From positions 125,906 through 189,905 of the forward strand of contig CP070751.1 in assembly GCA_020348445.1 (NCBI GenBank): a stretch of 64,000 nt of DNA, given 5' to 3'. Each line of letters begins with the position of its first letter. Position 1 is the stretch's first letter. The notes below the pieces were generated by a model, which was not told the origin of the DNA, ran no database searches, and worked only from the letters and a program-made list of their open reading frames with translations. Positions 44,491-54,978 of the stretch are shown here, in pieces. The stretch comes from Thermoplasmata archaeon. Lineage in GTDB: Archaea > Thermoplasmatota > Thermoplasmata > GCA-020350865. The translations under genes were made by a program, and so were the position numbers.

Positions 44491-46242
44491 CTATGTCTCA
44501 GGCGCAACAGGAACGGGTTGATTTTTACCACCTTTGTTCCTTATTAGGAACAGATAGGCCAGGGCTGCGACACCGAGAATCAGAACCAATATCAACAGGA
44601 TCAAGAGCGGGTTGAACTCAGTCCTTCTTTTCTCAACAACCACGTCTTGGGAGGTCTTATTTCCAAGACCGTCTTTATTAATAACCCTCAGAGTAACCTC
44701 GTATTCCCCACTTTTATTGTATTCGTGCTCCGCAGTTTCGCCCGTTCCGTTTGTACCGTCCCCAAAGTCCCATATGTACTCGTCGATACCTTTACCGTTG
44801 AGATCAATTGATTCGGATCCATCCACAAATACCTTCAAGCCCTTTGTTTCATACGTGAAGTTTGCAATTGGACCCATATTTTCAAGCAAAAATGGACCAT
44901 CGATTTGTTCTCCGAACATCACTGCTGCCTGATACTGGTTGGCTCCATCATCCCCGTCCTTACCGAATGTTAGGACCATTCGACCCATTGAATCCACATC
45001 ATTTGTAAAGAAGTCTCCAAGGTCTCTATCAGCGGGCTGATCCGAAGCTCCCGTGGTTTTAATTGTGCCAGTGTGAACATTTTCCATTATAGTGGTGATA
45101 AGAAATGTTCTGTTCTCTGAAAGTGCATCAATGCATAACGCGCCTTTGACATCCCATGTGGCATTATCCATCTCCTCGCTAACGTCCGAGTCCCCTTCAG
45201 TTGCGCTTTCATACCAGGTTATTCCAATCCTTCCCGCATCCCCTCCGACTATCCATGGAAGAACCCTGGATCCAATAGTATCTGTTACCTGGGATATCTC
45301 CCAATTTTCTGCCCTATCCTGTGAAACTGCCATAAAGACATTGTATTTGTCTGTCCATGTAAGATAGACATTACCTGCGTTGTCCACGTCCGTTACCACG
45401 AATATGTTCTGGATATCGTCAATAGTTTCAAGCACTTCGTGCCTGCTAAAGGAATTGGCACCATCATCTGAAACATACACAACAAGGGACCCTCCTTCGT
45501 TGTTTGGCAGATACAGAGTGCCGTCGTTTCTATCCACGATGAAATAATCCCTGGATCCGGTTGATGTGGTAATGGGCAGCCCTGCGTTTCCAGGTATCCA
45601 GCCAAGTCCAGCTGCAGTGAACTGAGATTTCTGAATGTAAAATCCCCTGATGGGGCCAAAGGAATTGTAGGTTAAATAAAGTGTCTGGGGATCCCCTGTG
45701 CCAACGGTGGGGCCTATCTCGAACCATTGCCTGTCATCGAGCCAAGGAATCGAGGCCAAAGGATTTTGAACCCAGGTATCCCCACCGTTAAAAGATGTAT
45801 CGGCAGTGACTGTAAAGCCATATAAATCAGTGTACACGATGGTTCCATCTGAAAAGACAGCTGTATATGAATCCCCAGAGCCTCCCCAATTTGTGGGAGG
45901 ACGCCCTGTCTGCTTGAACTCCCACGTATCTCCGCCGTCCTTGGATATCCAAAGATTTCCTGAAAGTCCGCTTCCCAATCCTGTGGGCGAGTCGATATAT
46001 AGCCATTCCTCGCCATCGATACCCGGACCCACTAGGATATGGGGCTCGAAGCCCTCACCAACAGAATCCGGAATCTCCAATACAAAGAATTCTATTTCAT
46101 CCTCTTCTGTCTTGGATTTCGAATTTATGTAATCAGTTGAGCTGGATGGGGCTGAAAAAGTGCTGAATAAAAGTAATAAACTTACTACGGTAATAGCCTT
46201 CAATACAGAGGATTGATTTGATGAAGAGTTTCTTTGATTCAT
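44491..46242 (-). CDS. Secreted Asp-box (BNR)/sialidase-like beta-propeller protein with PKD domain and C-terminal membrane anchor
   Basis: Asp-boxes WISKDGGDTW, TSFNGGDTW, VSDDGANSF and VSQDRAENW; PKD YIWDFGDGT; C-terminal TM followed by RNK. Confidence 0.85.
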   Translation of the reverse strand: MNQRNSSSNQSSVLKAITVVSLLLLFSTFSAPSSSTDYINSKSKTEEDEIEFFVLEIPDSVGEGFEPHILVGPGIDGEEWLYIDSPTGLGSGLSGNLWISKDGGDTWEFKQTGRPPTNWGGSGDSYTAVFSDGTIVYTDLYGFTVTADTSFNGGDTWVQNPLASIPWLDDRQWFEIGPTVGTGDPQTLYLTYNSFGPIRGFYIQKSQFTAAGLGWIPGNAGLPITTSTGSRDYFIVDRNDGTLYLPNNEGGSLVVYVSDDGANSFSRHEVLETIDDIQNIFVVTDVDNAGNVYLTWTDKYNVFMAVSQDRAENWEISQVTDTIGSRVLPWIVGGDAGRIGITWYESATEGDSDVSEEMDNATWDVKGALCIDALSENRTFLITTIMENVHTGTIKTTGASDQPADRDLGDFFTNDVDSMGRMVLTFGKDGDDGANQYQAAVMFGEQIDGPFLLENMGPIANFTYETKGLKVFVDGSESIDLNGKGIDEYIWDFGDGTNGTGETAEHEYNKSGEYEVTLRVINKDGLGNKTSQDVVVEKRRTEFNPLLILLILVLILGVAALAYLFLIRNKGGKNQPVPVAPET

Positions 46243-46355
46243 GCTTTAACTCGAACGTTTATTCGATTAGATACTCTTTAATTTTTTGGAGAAAAACGGG
46301 TAATCTTCACGCGTATACACTATAAATAGGAAAAAAAATACGTAGCCCAAGCTAT

Positions 46356-48101
46356 TTACTCACCGCCGAAGAACCCACGTAGCACGGGATGCATCTCGAT
46401 AAGCTGCTCGCGACCTATGTCCTCGTACATACGGATCAAGATACCTACGGTTAGCAGGACACCGGTTCCGCTGGTATTTCCCACCGTCCCCACCATATCC
46501 GCCAATGCCGCTAATCCGCCCACGAAGGCGCCGCTGATGATAGTTACCACTGGTATGTATCGCTCCAGCACCTTCTTAAGCACCCTTGGATCCCGCCTGA
46601 AACCAGGAATCTGCATACCACTTGATTGAATCTGCTTTGCCACATCCTCGGGACCCATGTTCGTTGTCTCTATCCAGAACTTAGCAAATATTATGGAGCC
46701 AATGACCATGACAGCGAGATAGATTATGGTGTGGGCTGCCACCTGCCAGTATTCGTGACCCCGCATGTAGGCACCGTACCTCTCTGGATTCATAAGTGGC
46801 AGGAACCATTCACCAAGGCCGTTCACTCTGGAAACATAGTAAGCCCCACCCATGGTGGGCTGAGTAGGATTCTGAGGATCAGTAAAACCACCTATCCACC
46901 ACTGATGTCCAATCAGAGGAATCTTACTCGCCGTGGGATGGGACCATAAAAGAAGCGAGAACATGTTCACATTGGCAAGCACCGCTGCCATCAATATAAC
47001 TGGAATGTTGGATGCGTAGATCAGCCTAATGGGATATCTTCCCCTGGCACCTCTTACCCTTCCATGAGCCAAAGGTAGCTCCACCCGGGTGGATTCTGCA
47101 TAGGCCACAACCAAGAATATCACTATGGTGCCCACAAGGGCTATCACAGGATTGGGCGGCCCAAGCAATATGGTTTCGAACCTACCTTGACTAAGCTGTG
47201 CCAGGTTCGAATTAGTCAGCAGATAAAAAGTCTTTGGGACAGCGCCGCTAGGTGCAGCACCTGCACCTGCGATGTTGTATCTTTCCGATGCCGAGGTGGG
47301 CATCCAACTTATGGTACCTGTGAATATAGCCTGGGATACACCTGCGGCAATGAAAAGGGAAATCCCGCTGCCTATTCCCCACTTGGACACGACCTCGTCC
47401 ATGAAGAAAACCAGGTAGCTTCCGATAAACAGCTGAAGAACGATTATGAACTTTGACAATAGATCCCCATAGCCTGGAGCCATGGATTCCAACTTGGCTA
47501 CGAAAAGATTGTCAGGCTTAAGATAACCATATACCTGGGGAACGGCCTCAACAACTATCATCACGATGACCAGTAATTTCTGGGTTCCCTGATAGACAGC
47601 CTTATCCTCGGGTTTTGTCAGGTCCAACTTTATGATCTTCGCACCTGTGAACAGCTGCATGATGATGGAGCCTGTAACGATTGGACCTATACCGAGATGC
47701 ATGAGCGAGCCCGAGGCCCCTGCCATTATTGCTCTGTACTCTGAAAACAGATCCAGGGTATCCTCCTTGGAGAGACCGTAGATGAACACATTGGTCATGA
47801 TGAAGTAGATTATCAGAACCAAAAGTGTCCACATCATTTTGGTTTTAAAAGCCACATGACCTTCAGGTTTTTTTACGGCGGGAAGTCTATCGGTAACGGG
47901 CTTTAGACCGATTAATCTACTTCCCTCACCTCTGTATGAAAACATGAGGTATATCAGCCCAAACAAAGGGCCTGTTATGATAGCAGTAAGAAAAATAACC
48001 ACGGGATCGAATTGTGATGACATTGCATAAAAGGCCACTATTATCATCCAGATGATGATAACTGGTATTGCCACCGCCTTGTTTCGTGGTTCGTCCGCCA
48101 T
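46356..48101 (-). CDS. secY: Protein translocase subunit SecY with an N-terminal two-helix membrane extension
   Basis: LPAVKKPEGHV.FKTK, GSLMHLGIGPIVT, SKWGIGSGISLFIAA, YPIRLIYASNIP, SGMQIPGFRRDPR, SGTGVLLTVGI. Confidence 0.97.
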   Translation of the reverse strand: MADEPRNKAVAIPVIIIWMIIVAFYAMSSQFDPVVIFLTAIITGPLFGLIYLMFSYRGEGSRLIGLKPVTDRLPAVKKPEGHVAFKTKMMWTLLVLIIYFIMTNVFIYGLSKEDTLDLFSEYRAIMAGASGSLMHLGIGPIVTGSIIMQLFTGAKIIKLDLTKPEDKAVYQGTQKLLVIVMIVVEAVPQVYGYLKPDNLFVAKLESMAPGYGDLLSKFIIVLQLFIGSYLVFFMDEVVSKWGIGSGISLFIAAGVSQAIFTGTISWMPTSASERYNIAGAGAAPSGAVPKTFYLLTNSNLAQLSQGRFETILLGPPNPVIALVGTIVIFLVVAYAESTRVELPLAHGRVRGARGRYPIRLIYASNIPVILMAAVLANVNMFSLLLWSHPTASKIPLIGHQWWIGGFTDPQNPTQPTMGGAYYVSRVNGLGEWFLPLMNPERYGAYMRGHEYWQVAAHTIIYLAVMVIGSIIFAKFWIETTNMGPEDVAKQIQSSGMQIPGFRRDPRVLKKVLERYIPVVTIISGAFVGGLAALADMVGTVGNTSGTGVLLTVGILIRMYEDIGREQLIEMHPVLRGFFGGE

Positions 48102-48103
48102 GA

Positions 48104-48568
48104 TCACTCAGCCTCTGAGGTTTTCTCCTCTCTCACCTCATCTTCCGAAAGTAGCAAAGATCCTCCTGCACTTTCAACCTTGGATTTTGCCAGTTTAGAT
48201 GCATGCATCACCTTGATTTTCAGGGGTTTTTTTAATTTTCCAGCTCCCAATAATTTGTCAATGCCAGCAGAACTCAGATCAACTTCGATTGTGCTGCCCA
48301 CTTTTTTGGCAAATCCTTTTTTAAGAAAGCTTCCCATGCGATCCTCCAATTGACCCACATTGATGGTGGATCGCTCTCTTTCACTGGGAGGCCTCGGCCT
48401 TTTGAATCCGTACCTGCCGAAATGTTTTGGATCGTTTTTAACTGTAGTAATGTACTTGTGCTTATGGAGGCCTGCATTTCCCCTTCCACCGCGTTTGCCT
48501 GCACCTCTGCCTGCCTTCTTACCTCTTCCATAGGTCCGGCTTCCGCGATGTTTTTCTGTTCTGCCCAT
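48104..48568 (-). CDS. rpl15: 50S ribosomal protein L15 (uL15)
   Basis: RGSRTYGRG...RGGRGNAGLHKHK, KLLGAG, operon position. Confidence 0.96.
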   Translation of the reverse strand: MGRTEKHRGSRTYGRGKKAGRGAGKRGGRGNAGLHKHKYITTVKNDPKHFGRYGFKRPRPPSERERSTINVGQLEDRMGSFLKKGFAKKVGSTIEVDLSSAGIDKLLGAGKLKKPLKIKVMHASKLAKSKVESAGGSLLLSEDEVREEKTSEAE

Positions 48569-48577
48569 ATTATCCCC

Positions 48578-49042
48578 TCAGATCATTCTGTCTATAAGGA
48601 TATTGATGTCTTCCCCTCGATATCCAAGAGCTCCACCTGTCTTAAAGCTCTTTTTCACCCCTTCATACCCCTTCCTTGGAGGATGCAACCTGATCACTGG
48701 CTTTATATCCTTTATGTCCTGGTATCTTGTCTCTCCCTTTGATACAGCCTTAGCAAATGACATAACAGATTTGTAATTCGAATTCTTTTTAATGTAATTG
48801 TCTGTGATTTTATTATCACCGATAAGTTTCCCCCTACGAATGATCATCTTCGCTAAAATTTCAGGTGTGATCTCTCCCCACGTAACGTAATCCTTTACCT
48901 TTTGAAGCATACCAGAATAACTCTTCGTTATGGGTAAAATAACGCAGTGATTGACCCTATTTAATCTCAGCATCTTCAAGGTGTCCTTGATTTCTGATCT
49001 GACGTTCACGGAGCCTCTCACCCTTATCACAGCGTAAGTCAT
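48578..49042 (-). CDS. rpl30: 50S ribosomal protein L30 (uL30, archaeal long form)
   Basis: [44 protein letters not shown]. Confidence 0.96.
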   Translation of the reverse strand: MTYAVIRVRGSVNVRSEIKDTLKMLRLNRVNHCVILPITKSYSGMLQKVKDYVTWGEITPEILAKMIIRRGKLIGDNKITDNYIKKNSNYKSVMSFAKAVSKGETRYQDIKDIKPVIRLHPPRKGYEGVKKSFKTGGALGYRGEDINILIDRMI

Positions 49043-49884
49043 TTCTCACCCTCCTTTTTCGAGGGTTTTGCCTCTTTTGTTTCTTTCTTCTTTATTGATT
49101 CCTCTTTCTTCACTTCACCGACTTTTTGTTCACCTTTGCCTTCTTGTTTGGAATCTTCGATTTTCACCTGTTCTTTTTTCTCTGCTTCACTTCCTTTCTC
49201 CTCTTCGGCCTCGGACTCAACCATTACCCTTTCTGTTTCTGTCCCAGGAATTATTCCAGATATGATGTCCATCTTGTCCTCCTGGTATTTCATGACCCTC
49301 ATCTCTGCCGTCTTCTTCAGGGCCTCGAAGGCCGCTTGTGCATAATTGGCCGTGGTCTTAGTGTGGCCTTTTGTAAATGCCCATGCATCCTTTATTCCAG
49401 CCAATCTCAGAACAGGTTTTGCTACATCACCAACAGCTAAAGCGATTCCCCTTGGTGCAGGCTTGAAGGTAACCCGAACAGATCCTTTCTTTCCAAAAAC
49501 GTCGAAGGGCAGCGAATGAGGTTTTCCGCATCCACATTCCCAAGAACCGCATCCTCTTCTCACCTCTATTATGTTCAGTTTCGCGTTGTCTATGGCCTTT
49601 CTTATTGTGGGCCCCACCTCCTTTCCCTTTGCCTTCCCCAGACCCACATATCCATTGGAGTTGCCCACAACTGTGGTAATTGCGAATCTGACCCTTCTAC
49701 CAGAATCGGTCATCCTTTGAACCATATTTACATCAAGCACCTCATCTTCCAAATCAGGCAGAAGAATGTCCACGATTTCGGGCTCCCTGAGGGGAAGTCG
49801 GGTTTCCAGTGCCTCGGCCATGGTTTTGATATCTCCCTTCTCCACCTTTATTCCCAGTCTTGTCTTTGGAACCCAGTACATCAT
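49039..49884 (-). CDS. rps5: 30S ribosomal protein S5 (uS5) with a K/E-rich C-terminal extension
   Basis: [37 protein letters not shown]. Confidence 0.97.
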   Translation of the reverse strand: MMYWVPKTRLGIKVEKGDIKTMAEALETRLPLREPEIVDILLPDLEDEVLDVNMVQRMTDSGRRVRFAITTVVGNSNGYVGLGKAKGKEVGPTIRKAIDNAKLNIIEVRRGCGSWECGCGKPHSLPFDVFGKKGSVRVTFKPAPRGIALAVGDVAKPVLRLAGIKDAWAFTKGHTKTTANYAQAAFEALKKTAEMRVMKYQEDKMDIISGIIPGTETERVMVESEAEEEKGSEAEKKEQVKIEDSKQEGKGEQKVGEVKKEESIKKKETKEAKPSKKEGEK

Positions 49885-50384
49885 TTCTCCCCCTCTAATT
49901 TGGCTTTTACCGCATCAAATTGATTTTTCATATCTTCACCTAAGTGTTCACCCCTGATCCTTTCCTCCGATGGCAATATCTCTTTATCATGGGGTAGATC
50001 TATCCCAGCATCGAGCAATCCCGAAAGTGAGGCAAATACCCTCGAGCCTTTTGTTGGTGTGTGAAGGCCTATGTCCAGTACAGCCTTCTCTATCCCTGCG
50101 TTTTTGGCTCTTTTCCCTGCAAGATATCCCGTGAGATATGCAGCTGTTGTGTTGGATGTTGTGCTTTTCCAGCCAAAACCTTCGAGATCGAAGCCACTTG
50201 CGGTACAAATAACCTTATCACCCCTTGGATCGTACTCGATGAACTGAACATTTATGTTTCTTGTGGATTTTCTTATCACGGCACGAGGTAGCCCTGATTT
50301 TAGGTGCCTTATTCTCTTTCTATAGTCGGTTTTACCTTCTCTTCTCCTTCTTCTTGCAACCCTGTATCTTGGACCATGTGCCAT
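49881..50384 (-). CDS. rpl18: 50S ribosomal protein L18 (uL18)
   Basis: [37 protein letters not shown]. Confidence 0.96.
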   Translation of the reverse strand: MAHGPRYRVARRRRREGKTDYRKRIRHLKSGLPRAVIRKSTRNINVQFIEYDPRGDKVICTASGFDLEGFGWKSTTSNTTAAYLTGYLAGKRAKNAGIEKAVLDIGLHTPTKGSRVFASLSGLLDAGIDLPHDKEILPSEERIRGEHLGEDMKNQFDAVKAKLEGEK

Positions 50385-50390
50385 TAACAA

Positions 50391-50846
50391 TCACCTATTC
50401 TTTTTTAAAAGACCTTCACTTTTCATATGAGCCTCGAGTCTTGCCTTGCTCCTGTACATCCCACCTTTAGCACGCTTGTAGAGTTTGCGATATGTTGCGG
50501 TGTCGATCATTTCCTGTCTTTTGTAATACATCAATTGGGCGCGAATAGGGCGTATTGTGTTTATCCATGCCCTTTTTTTGGGAGTTCTTGCCTTCTTGCT
50601 GCCCTTTCTTGAGCCGTGTCCTTTTCTCTTACCCTTTTTCTTCTGGCCCTGCTGATATCTGGCTCGTCCGCGGGATACACCTTTTTTCTGTTTGGCCTTG
50701 ATGGCCTTGGAATCGATCAGCCTACGCACATCGCCTCTTGTTATAGCTTCTGAGACATCCTCCATACGTGTCGGGTCTATCCATACCCTGTTCACCCCGC
50801 AATCGAGTATCTCGGCTGCAAGTCTTCTCTGATTTTTCAGGTCCAT
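50391..50846 (-). CDS. rpl19e: 50S ribosomal protein L19e (eL19)
   Basis: MDLKNQRRLAAEILDCGVNRVWIDP, RKGHGSRKG, LYKRAKGG. Start moved to 50846. Confidence 0.96.
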   Translation of the reverse strand: MDLKNQRRLAAEILDCGVNRVWIDPTRMEDVSEAITRGDVRRLIDSKAIKAKQKKGVSRGRARYQQGQKKKGKRKGHGSRKGSKKARTPKKRAWINTIRPIRAQLMYYKRQEMIDTATYRKLYKRAKGGMYRSKARLEAHMKSEGLLKKNR

Positions 50847-50847
50847 A

Positions 50848-51786
50848 TTAAAACCTCCTTGGATTGAGCACTCTAATGCCCTTCTCCTCTGCGGCATCTT
50901 CTATCTCTATCCTTTTTCTGGTTCCCACACTGTGCCCTACCCTTGCAGCCTGGATTTTTGGATCGATCTTCTCCAAATCTCCAACATTATAGACCATCAC
51001 CTCCTGAAAGCCGGACGGATGTAGGTATCTGGTGTCTTTCGGAGCGCCGAAACCTATGGACACAACATTTTGTCTGTATCCCTTGTGCGTCCGCATCTTG
51101 GAGTGAAGGCCTCTTGGTCTCCTCCAAGCCGTGCCGAGACGATGGTACCTAAACCATTCCTGGCGTCTAAAGTGAGGGGTCTTTTTCTTTATTTGATTTC
51201 GAATTTTGAGTTTCTGTTTCAACTCCTTGGTAAGTTCTGGTTTGATCTTAACCTTGTATTCCTCTTCCTCTTCCACTATCTCTATTTCCTCTTCTTCCCC
51301 CTCTTCTCCCTCAGCTTTTTCCTCTTCTTCCTCCTCTTCTTCCGTCACTTCTCCCTCTTCTTCTACTTCCTCTTTTTCAACCTTTTCTTTCTTCTTCTCC
51401 AACTTCTTCTTTATTTCTTCTTCCTCTTTGGTTTGTACCTTTTTCTTTACAACTTTCTTCTTGGGTTTTATGGCTTCTTCCTTTTCGGTTTGTACCTTTT
51501 TCTTTACAACTTTTTTCTTTGGTTTCTTGGCCTCTTCCTTCTCAGAAGGCTTCTCTTTCTCCTTAGTCTCAACCTTATCCTTGATCTTATCCTTTACCAT
51601 CTCTTCTTTTCTTACAGGCTCCTCCTTCTTCTCTTTTTCCTCCTTTTTGGGGGCCTCGGTTTTGGGCCTCATCTTCCTCACTTTTTTTAACTTCTTAGGC
51701 TTGTCTTCTGTATTTTCCTTTTTATCTGGGGTGTCTTTTTCTTCATTTGATTTTATCTTCTTATCCTCATCATCCGCCATCATCAT
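50848..51786 (-). CDS. rpl32e: 50S ribosomal protein L32e (eL32) with an about 180-aa K/E-rich N-terminal extension
   Basis: C-terminal core KKKTPHFRRQEWFRYHRLGTAWRRPRGLHSKMR...LHPSGF. The exact start lies among three consecutive ATGs (51780-51786). Confidence 0.93.
   Translation of the reverse strand: MMMADDEDKKIKSNEEKDTPDKKENTEDKPKKLKKVRKMRPKTEAPKKEEKEKKEEPVRKEEMVKDKIKDKVETKEKEKPSEKEEAKKPKKKVVKKKVQTEKEEAIKPKKKVVKKKVQTKEEEEIKKKLEKKKEKVEKEEVEEEGEVTEEEEEEEEKAEGEEGEEEEIEIVEEEEEYKVKIKPELTKELKQKLKIRNQIKKKTPHFRRQEWFRYHRLGTAWRRPRGLHSKMRTHKGYRQNVVSIGFGAPKDTRYLHPSGFQEVMVYNVGDLEKIDPKIQAARVGHSVGTRKRIEIEDAAEEKGIRVLNPRRF
51412..51525 (-). repeat. 57-nt tandem duplication within the eL32 extension
   Basis: KPKKKVVKKKVQTEKEEAI / KPKKKVVKKKVQTKEEEEI. 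DNA GGTTTGTACCTTTTTCTTTACAACTTT recurs at 51430 and 51487. Confidence 0.88.
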
Positions 51787-52340
51787 TCACCCCCTTCTTC
51801 GTAGGTTCCCTTCTCGATCATGTAAATCCCATCCTGAAATACCCTTGGATCGTAGTTTTGAATCTTCGTCGCAAGCTCTATATTGGCCGCGGATTGGCTC
51901 ACATGCTCCAGGTTTATGCCGGTGAGAGTGATCGTATCGCCCTTGATATCCACTTTTGTATCTCCCAGTATACTGGCTCTTCTTGGGTGAGATTCACCAA
52001 GGAAATTTTCTATTATGAATTCATCCCCTTTCAGCAAAGTTTTCACAGGAAAATGGGAATACACCACCTTCATCGTGTATTTGAATCCTTTTGTCACACC
52101 CATTACCATGTTCCCTATATGGGCTTCCCAGGTTCCAACCAGTGCGCTTTCTTTCTTTTTCGGCATTATGCTCTCTACCACCACCTTATCCTTTAAGACA
52201 TTAATAGAAATCCTGGGATGAGAGAAATCTCTTTTTAAGGTACCTTTAGGCCCAGAGATCGAAAGGGTATTTACATTGAGTTTGACCTTGACATCGGAAG
52301 GTATGGTCACGGTTCTTGTAACTTTTGGTGCCACTGGCAT
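51783..52340 (-). CDS. rpl6: 50S ribosomal protein L6 (uL6)
   Basis: ISGPKGTLKR, GVTKGFKY.MKVVYSHFP, IENFLGE, DPRVFQDGIY. Start moved to MPVAPK, which has a GGAGG SD. Confidence 0.96.
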   Translation of the reverse strand: MPVAPKVTRTVTIPSDVKVKLNVNTLSISGPKGTLKRDFSHPRISINVLKDKVVVESIMPKKKESALVGTWEAHIGNMVMGVTKGFKYTMKVVYSHFPVKTLLKGDEFIIENFLGESHPRRASILGDTKVDIKGDTITLTGINLEHVSQSAANIELATKIQNYDPRVFQDGIYMIEKGTYEEGGE

Positions 52341-52354
52341 TTCACATTCCTCCA

Positions 52355-52744
52355 TCAATACACATAGGCAAGCAGCTTTCCTCCTACACCCAGCTTTTTT
52401 GCCTCGTCATGGGAGACAACGCCTCTTGTTGTGGTGAGTATGAGCACCCCGTAATCCTGGGCCGGAAGGTAACGGGCCTCGAACTTTCCAACGTCTCTCC
52501 TTTTTACAGCATACCTCGGTTTTATAACACCGCAATTGTTGATATTACCGTTGAGTTCAACCTTGAACATTCCTGCTTTTCCATCTTCGATATATTCGAA
52601 TTGTCTGATGTAATCGTTGTCCTGCATGACCTTGAGTATTCTTCCTATAAGCTTTGAAGATGGTTTTAAAATGCAGACCCTCTTCCCTACCATCTCAGCA
52701 TTCTTTATCGTCGACATGGCATCGTTTAATGGATCATGCTGCAA
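52355..52744 (-). CDS. rps8: 30S ribosomal protein S8 (uS8)
   Basis: TTG start after GAGGTGA; [43 protein letters not shown]. Confidence 0.96.
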   Translation of the reverse strand: MQHDPLNDAMSTIKNAEMVGKRVCILKPSSKLIGRILKVMQDNDYIRQFEYIEDGKAGMFKVELNGNINNCGVIKPRYAVKRRDVGKFEARYLPAQDYGVLILTTTRGVVSHDEAKKLGVGGKLLAYVY

Positions 52745-52754
52745 TCTATCACCT

Positions 52755-52901
52755 CTATGAATACCTCTTAAATCCCAGCTCAGGAGCCATCTCTCTGAAG
52801 CACTGTCTGCATAGGTGCATCCCATATCGTCTGATTATTCCTCTTTTTCTTCCGCAACGTCTGCACCCTGTCTTCCGTCCGAATTGCTTTTTTGGTTTCA
52901 T
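52755..52901 (-). CDS. rps14: 30S ribosomal protein S14 (uS14, Zn-binding; 48 aa, missing from the ORF track)
   Basis: Manual translation [53 protein letters not shown] overlap with rpl5. Confidence 0.95.
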   Translation of the reverse strand: MKPKKQFGRKTGCRRCGRKRGIIRRYGMHLCRQCFREMAPELGFKRYS

Positions 52902-53410
52902 TACCCCACCACCTCCACATTGAGTTTTGCTTTTACGAATCTCTTGGACTCCTCTGGTGTAATCTTGTGACTCATCGGGATTTTACTTCGGGTCCGTTTC
53001 CTTTTTTTTACCCTTAGACCTGGTCTTTTTAAGGTAACACATATATCAAGTCCGAAGATACCTATATCAGGATCGTATTTCTGTTCCTTAAAATCCGTAT
53101 AGTCAGCAACCCCGAAGGAGAAGTTACCCTCTGGATCAAATGAGTAATCCGCTATCTTGTTGTCCTTTACCCAAAAGGCTTCTGTTAGGAACTTCAATGT
53201 ATCCTCACCCCGCAGAGTTACCTTGCATCCAATTGGCATTCCTTTCCTTATTCCTAGGTCCTTGTTGGTGGTCCTGGACAATGTCCTAATGGGTTTGCGT
53301 CCAGTGATAAGTTCAAGCACCTTCTCAGCTTTGATGAGCTTTTCTCCTGCCTCGCCCACCCCGATGTTTACAACCACCTTGTCTATTTGAATATCACGCA
53401 TGCTATTCAA
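52901..53410 (-). CDS. rpl5: 50S ribosomal protein L5 (uL5)
   Basis: [50 protein letters not shown]. Confidence 0.97.
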   Translation of the reverse strand: MNSMRDIQIDKVVVNIGVGEAGEKLIKAEKVLELITGRKPIRTLSRTTNKDLGIRKGMPIGCKVTLRGEDTLKFLTEAFWVKDNKIADYSFDPEGNFSFGVADYTDFKEQKYDPDIGIFGLDICVTLKRPGLRVKKRKRTRSKIPMSHKITPEESKRFVKAKLNVEVVG

Positions 53411-53452
53411 TCCACCACCCCCCTTTCTGTTTCAATTTGAACAAAACAGGTC

Positions 53453-54163
53453 TCATACCACGCTCACCTCAGGCACTGTGATCTCTGGAGATTTTTTACC
53501 AACCACAAAAACATGATCATTTATCGTTGAGAATCCCTCTTTGAACTCCACGATGTTTGGCTTCGGGCTCCTGACCACGTTATAGTTTTTAATGGTAGCT
53601 ATCTGTCCTGAATGCTTTCCTCCGATGATCATGGCAACATTCCCACTCTCCAATGCAAAGGTATCAAGGATTTTCTGGGAGGGAAGTTCTATCTTGAGCA
53701 CGTCCTGGGTCTTGTACTTCTTCTTATCAGTCAAAATATTTCTACCATCGTGTAAGTTCAGTTGTGTCTTGCCACCCTTTATTGTTGTGATGTTTTCGAT
53801 TCTGACGAGTTTCCATCTGGCTCTTTCCTTTGAAATTCTAATGGGTCTTATTTTACCCCTCATGTCCAAAAGAGCCCGAAAGTTCTCTTTGGCTTTTAGA
53901 ATGGTGAGTACATCCATAAATCCCACTGGCATCTTATAGTTGGTCACAATCCTACCGTCTATAAGTATGTTCCGCTCCCCGATTATCCGCCTACCTTCCC
54001 TTGCAGTATCGCAGTAACCGAGCATATCCCGCACCATTATAAGTAGTGGAATGCTTCTTTCGATTGGGTGCGGACCAGGAGATTGTTTTACTGTCCATAT
54101 ATGGCTCTTCTTTGGAATGGTCCAAACCCTTGGCGATGCCAGTCGCTTCATATGCTTGCTCAT
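53453..54163 (-). CDS. rps4e: 30S ribosomal protein S4e (eS4)
   Basis: HMKRLASP, PGPH, PVGFMDV, QLNLHDGRNI, GGKHSG. Confidence 0.97.
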   Translation of the reverse strand: MSKHMKRLASPRVWTIPKKSHIWTVKQSPGPHPIERSIPLLIMVRDMLGYCDTAREGRRIIGERNILIDGRIVTNYKMPVGFMDVLTILKAKENFRALLDMRGKIRPIRISKERARWKLVRIENITTIKGGKTQLNLHDGRNILTDKKKYKTQDVLKIELPSQKILDTFALESGNVAMIIGGKHSGQIATIKNYNVVRSPKPNIVEFKEGFSTINDHVFVVGKKSPEITVPEVSVV

Positions 54164-54169
54164 GAATTT

Positions 54170-54544
54170 TCACTCCTTAGACAGTTCCTCGAACTTTCTC
54201 TTTCTCTTTGGGTCGGAAAGATCCAGTTTCGTGATAATTACATTGGAGGGGTGTATCTTTGCTGCAATCTGTGTCCCATCCGCTTTTGCAACCGTTGCCC
54301 CGTCAATCGTGATCCTCATACTCCTCGTATCCACAGATTCGACCTTACCCATATGTCCATCGAAGGTGCCGCGCACTACCTTGACCGTATCTCCTTTCCT
54401 TACCACAGCCGAGCGGGGGTAGTATCTCTTAGCGTCCTCCAGATACTTTGAACTAAGATGAGAGGATATCATCTTTCTTTTTCGATGTAGGGGGGCACTG
54501 TACACGGCCCTCCGTTGTTTTCTTGGTTTTTTGGATTTTGTCAT
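54170..54544 (-). CDS. rpl24: 50S ribosomal protein L24 (uL24)
   Basis: SKKPRKQRRAVYSAPLH, VRKGDTVKVVRG, IHPSNVIITKL. Confidence 0.96.
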   Translation of the reverse strand: MTKSKKPRKQRRAVYSAPLHRKRKMISSHLSSKYLEDAKRYYPRSAVVRKGDTVKVVRGTFDGHMGKVESVDTRSMRITIDGATVAKADGTQIAAKIHPSNVIITKLDLSDPKRKRKFEELSKE

Positions 54545-54563
54545 TGATATCACCTATCTCTCT

Positions 54564-54962
54564 TCACACTATCATGGATGCAATTGCAGCTATTCTCGGC
54601 CATCTTTCCGCAGCTTCTCTTGCAACTGGACCCTTTATATCAGAGCCTTTCGTTTCACCGGCAGGTGTGGTGATGACCGCGGCATTGTCCTCGAATTCTA
54701 CCACCACTCCATTTGGCCTTCTATACGGTCTTCTCTGCCTTACAATCACGGCGGGAAGAAGCTGTTTTCTCATTTCTGGTGTTCCCTTTTTAACTGATAC
54801 AACTATCAAGTCACCTATACCGGCCGCGGGCAGTCTTCTGTGCACGCCATGGTACTTCATTACGCTCACAATCTGCACTATTTTTGCACCCGTGTTGTCA
54901 ACGCACTTTATCTTTGCGCCCACGGGCAGTCCTCTGCTCTGTTTTCCTGGCAAGCCTTTCAT
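54564..54962 (-). CDS. rpl14: 50S ribosomal protein L14 (uL14)
   Basis: [49 protein letters not shown]. Confidence 0.98.
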   Translation of the reverse strand: MKGLPGKQSRGLPVGAKIKCVDNTGAKIVQIVSVMKYHGVHRRLPAAGIGDLIVVSVKKGTPEMRKQLLPAVIVRQRRPYRRPNGVVVEFEDNAAVITTPAGETKGSDIKGPVAREAAERWPRIAAIASMIV

Positions 54963-54978
54963 CTTTCTCTCTCCGGTT

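Noticed and set aside
43850-48101. secG close to secY as a novel translocon cluster
   Set aside because: Two unrelated genes intervene, one of them on the opposite strand. Without comparative genomes the proximity is unremarkable.
51070-51925. Long Phe/Ser/Leu-rich plus-strand ORFs (206 and 239 aa), and similar ORFs at 56179-56705 and 59810-60025
   Set aside because: These are antisense shadows of K/E-rich ribosomal protein extensions, where the low-complexity codons give few stops on the opposite strand.
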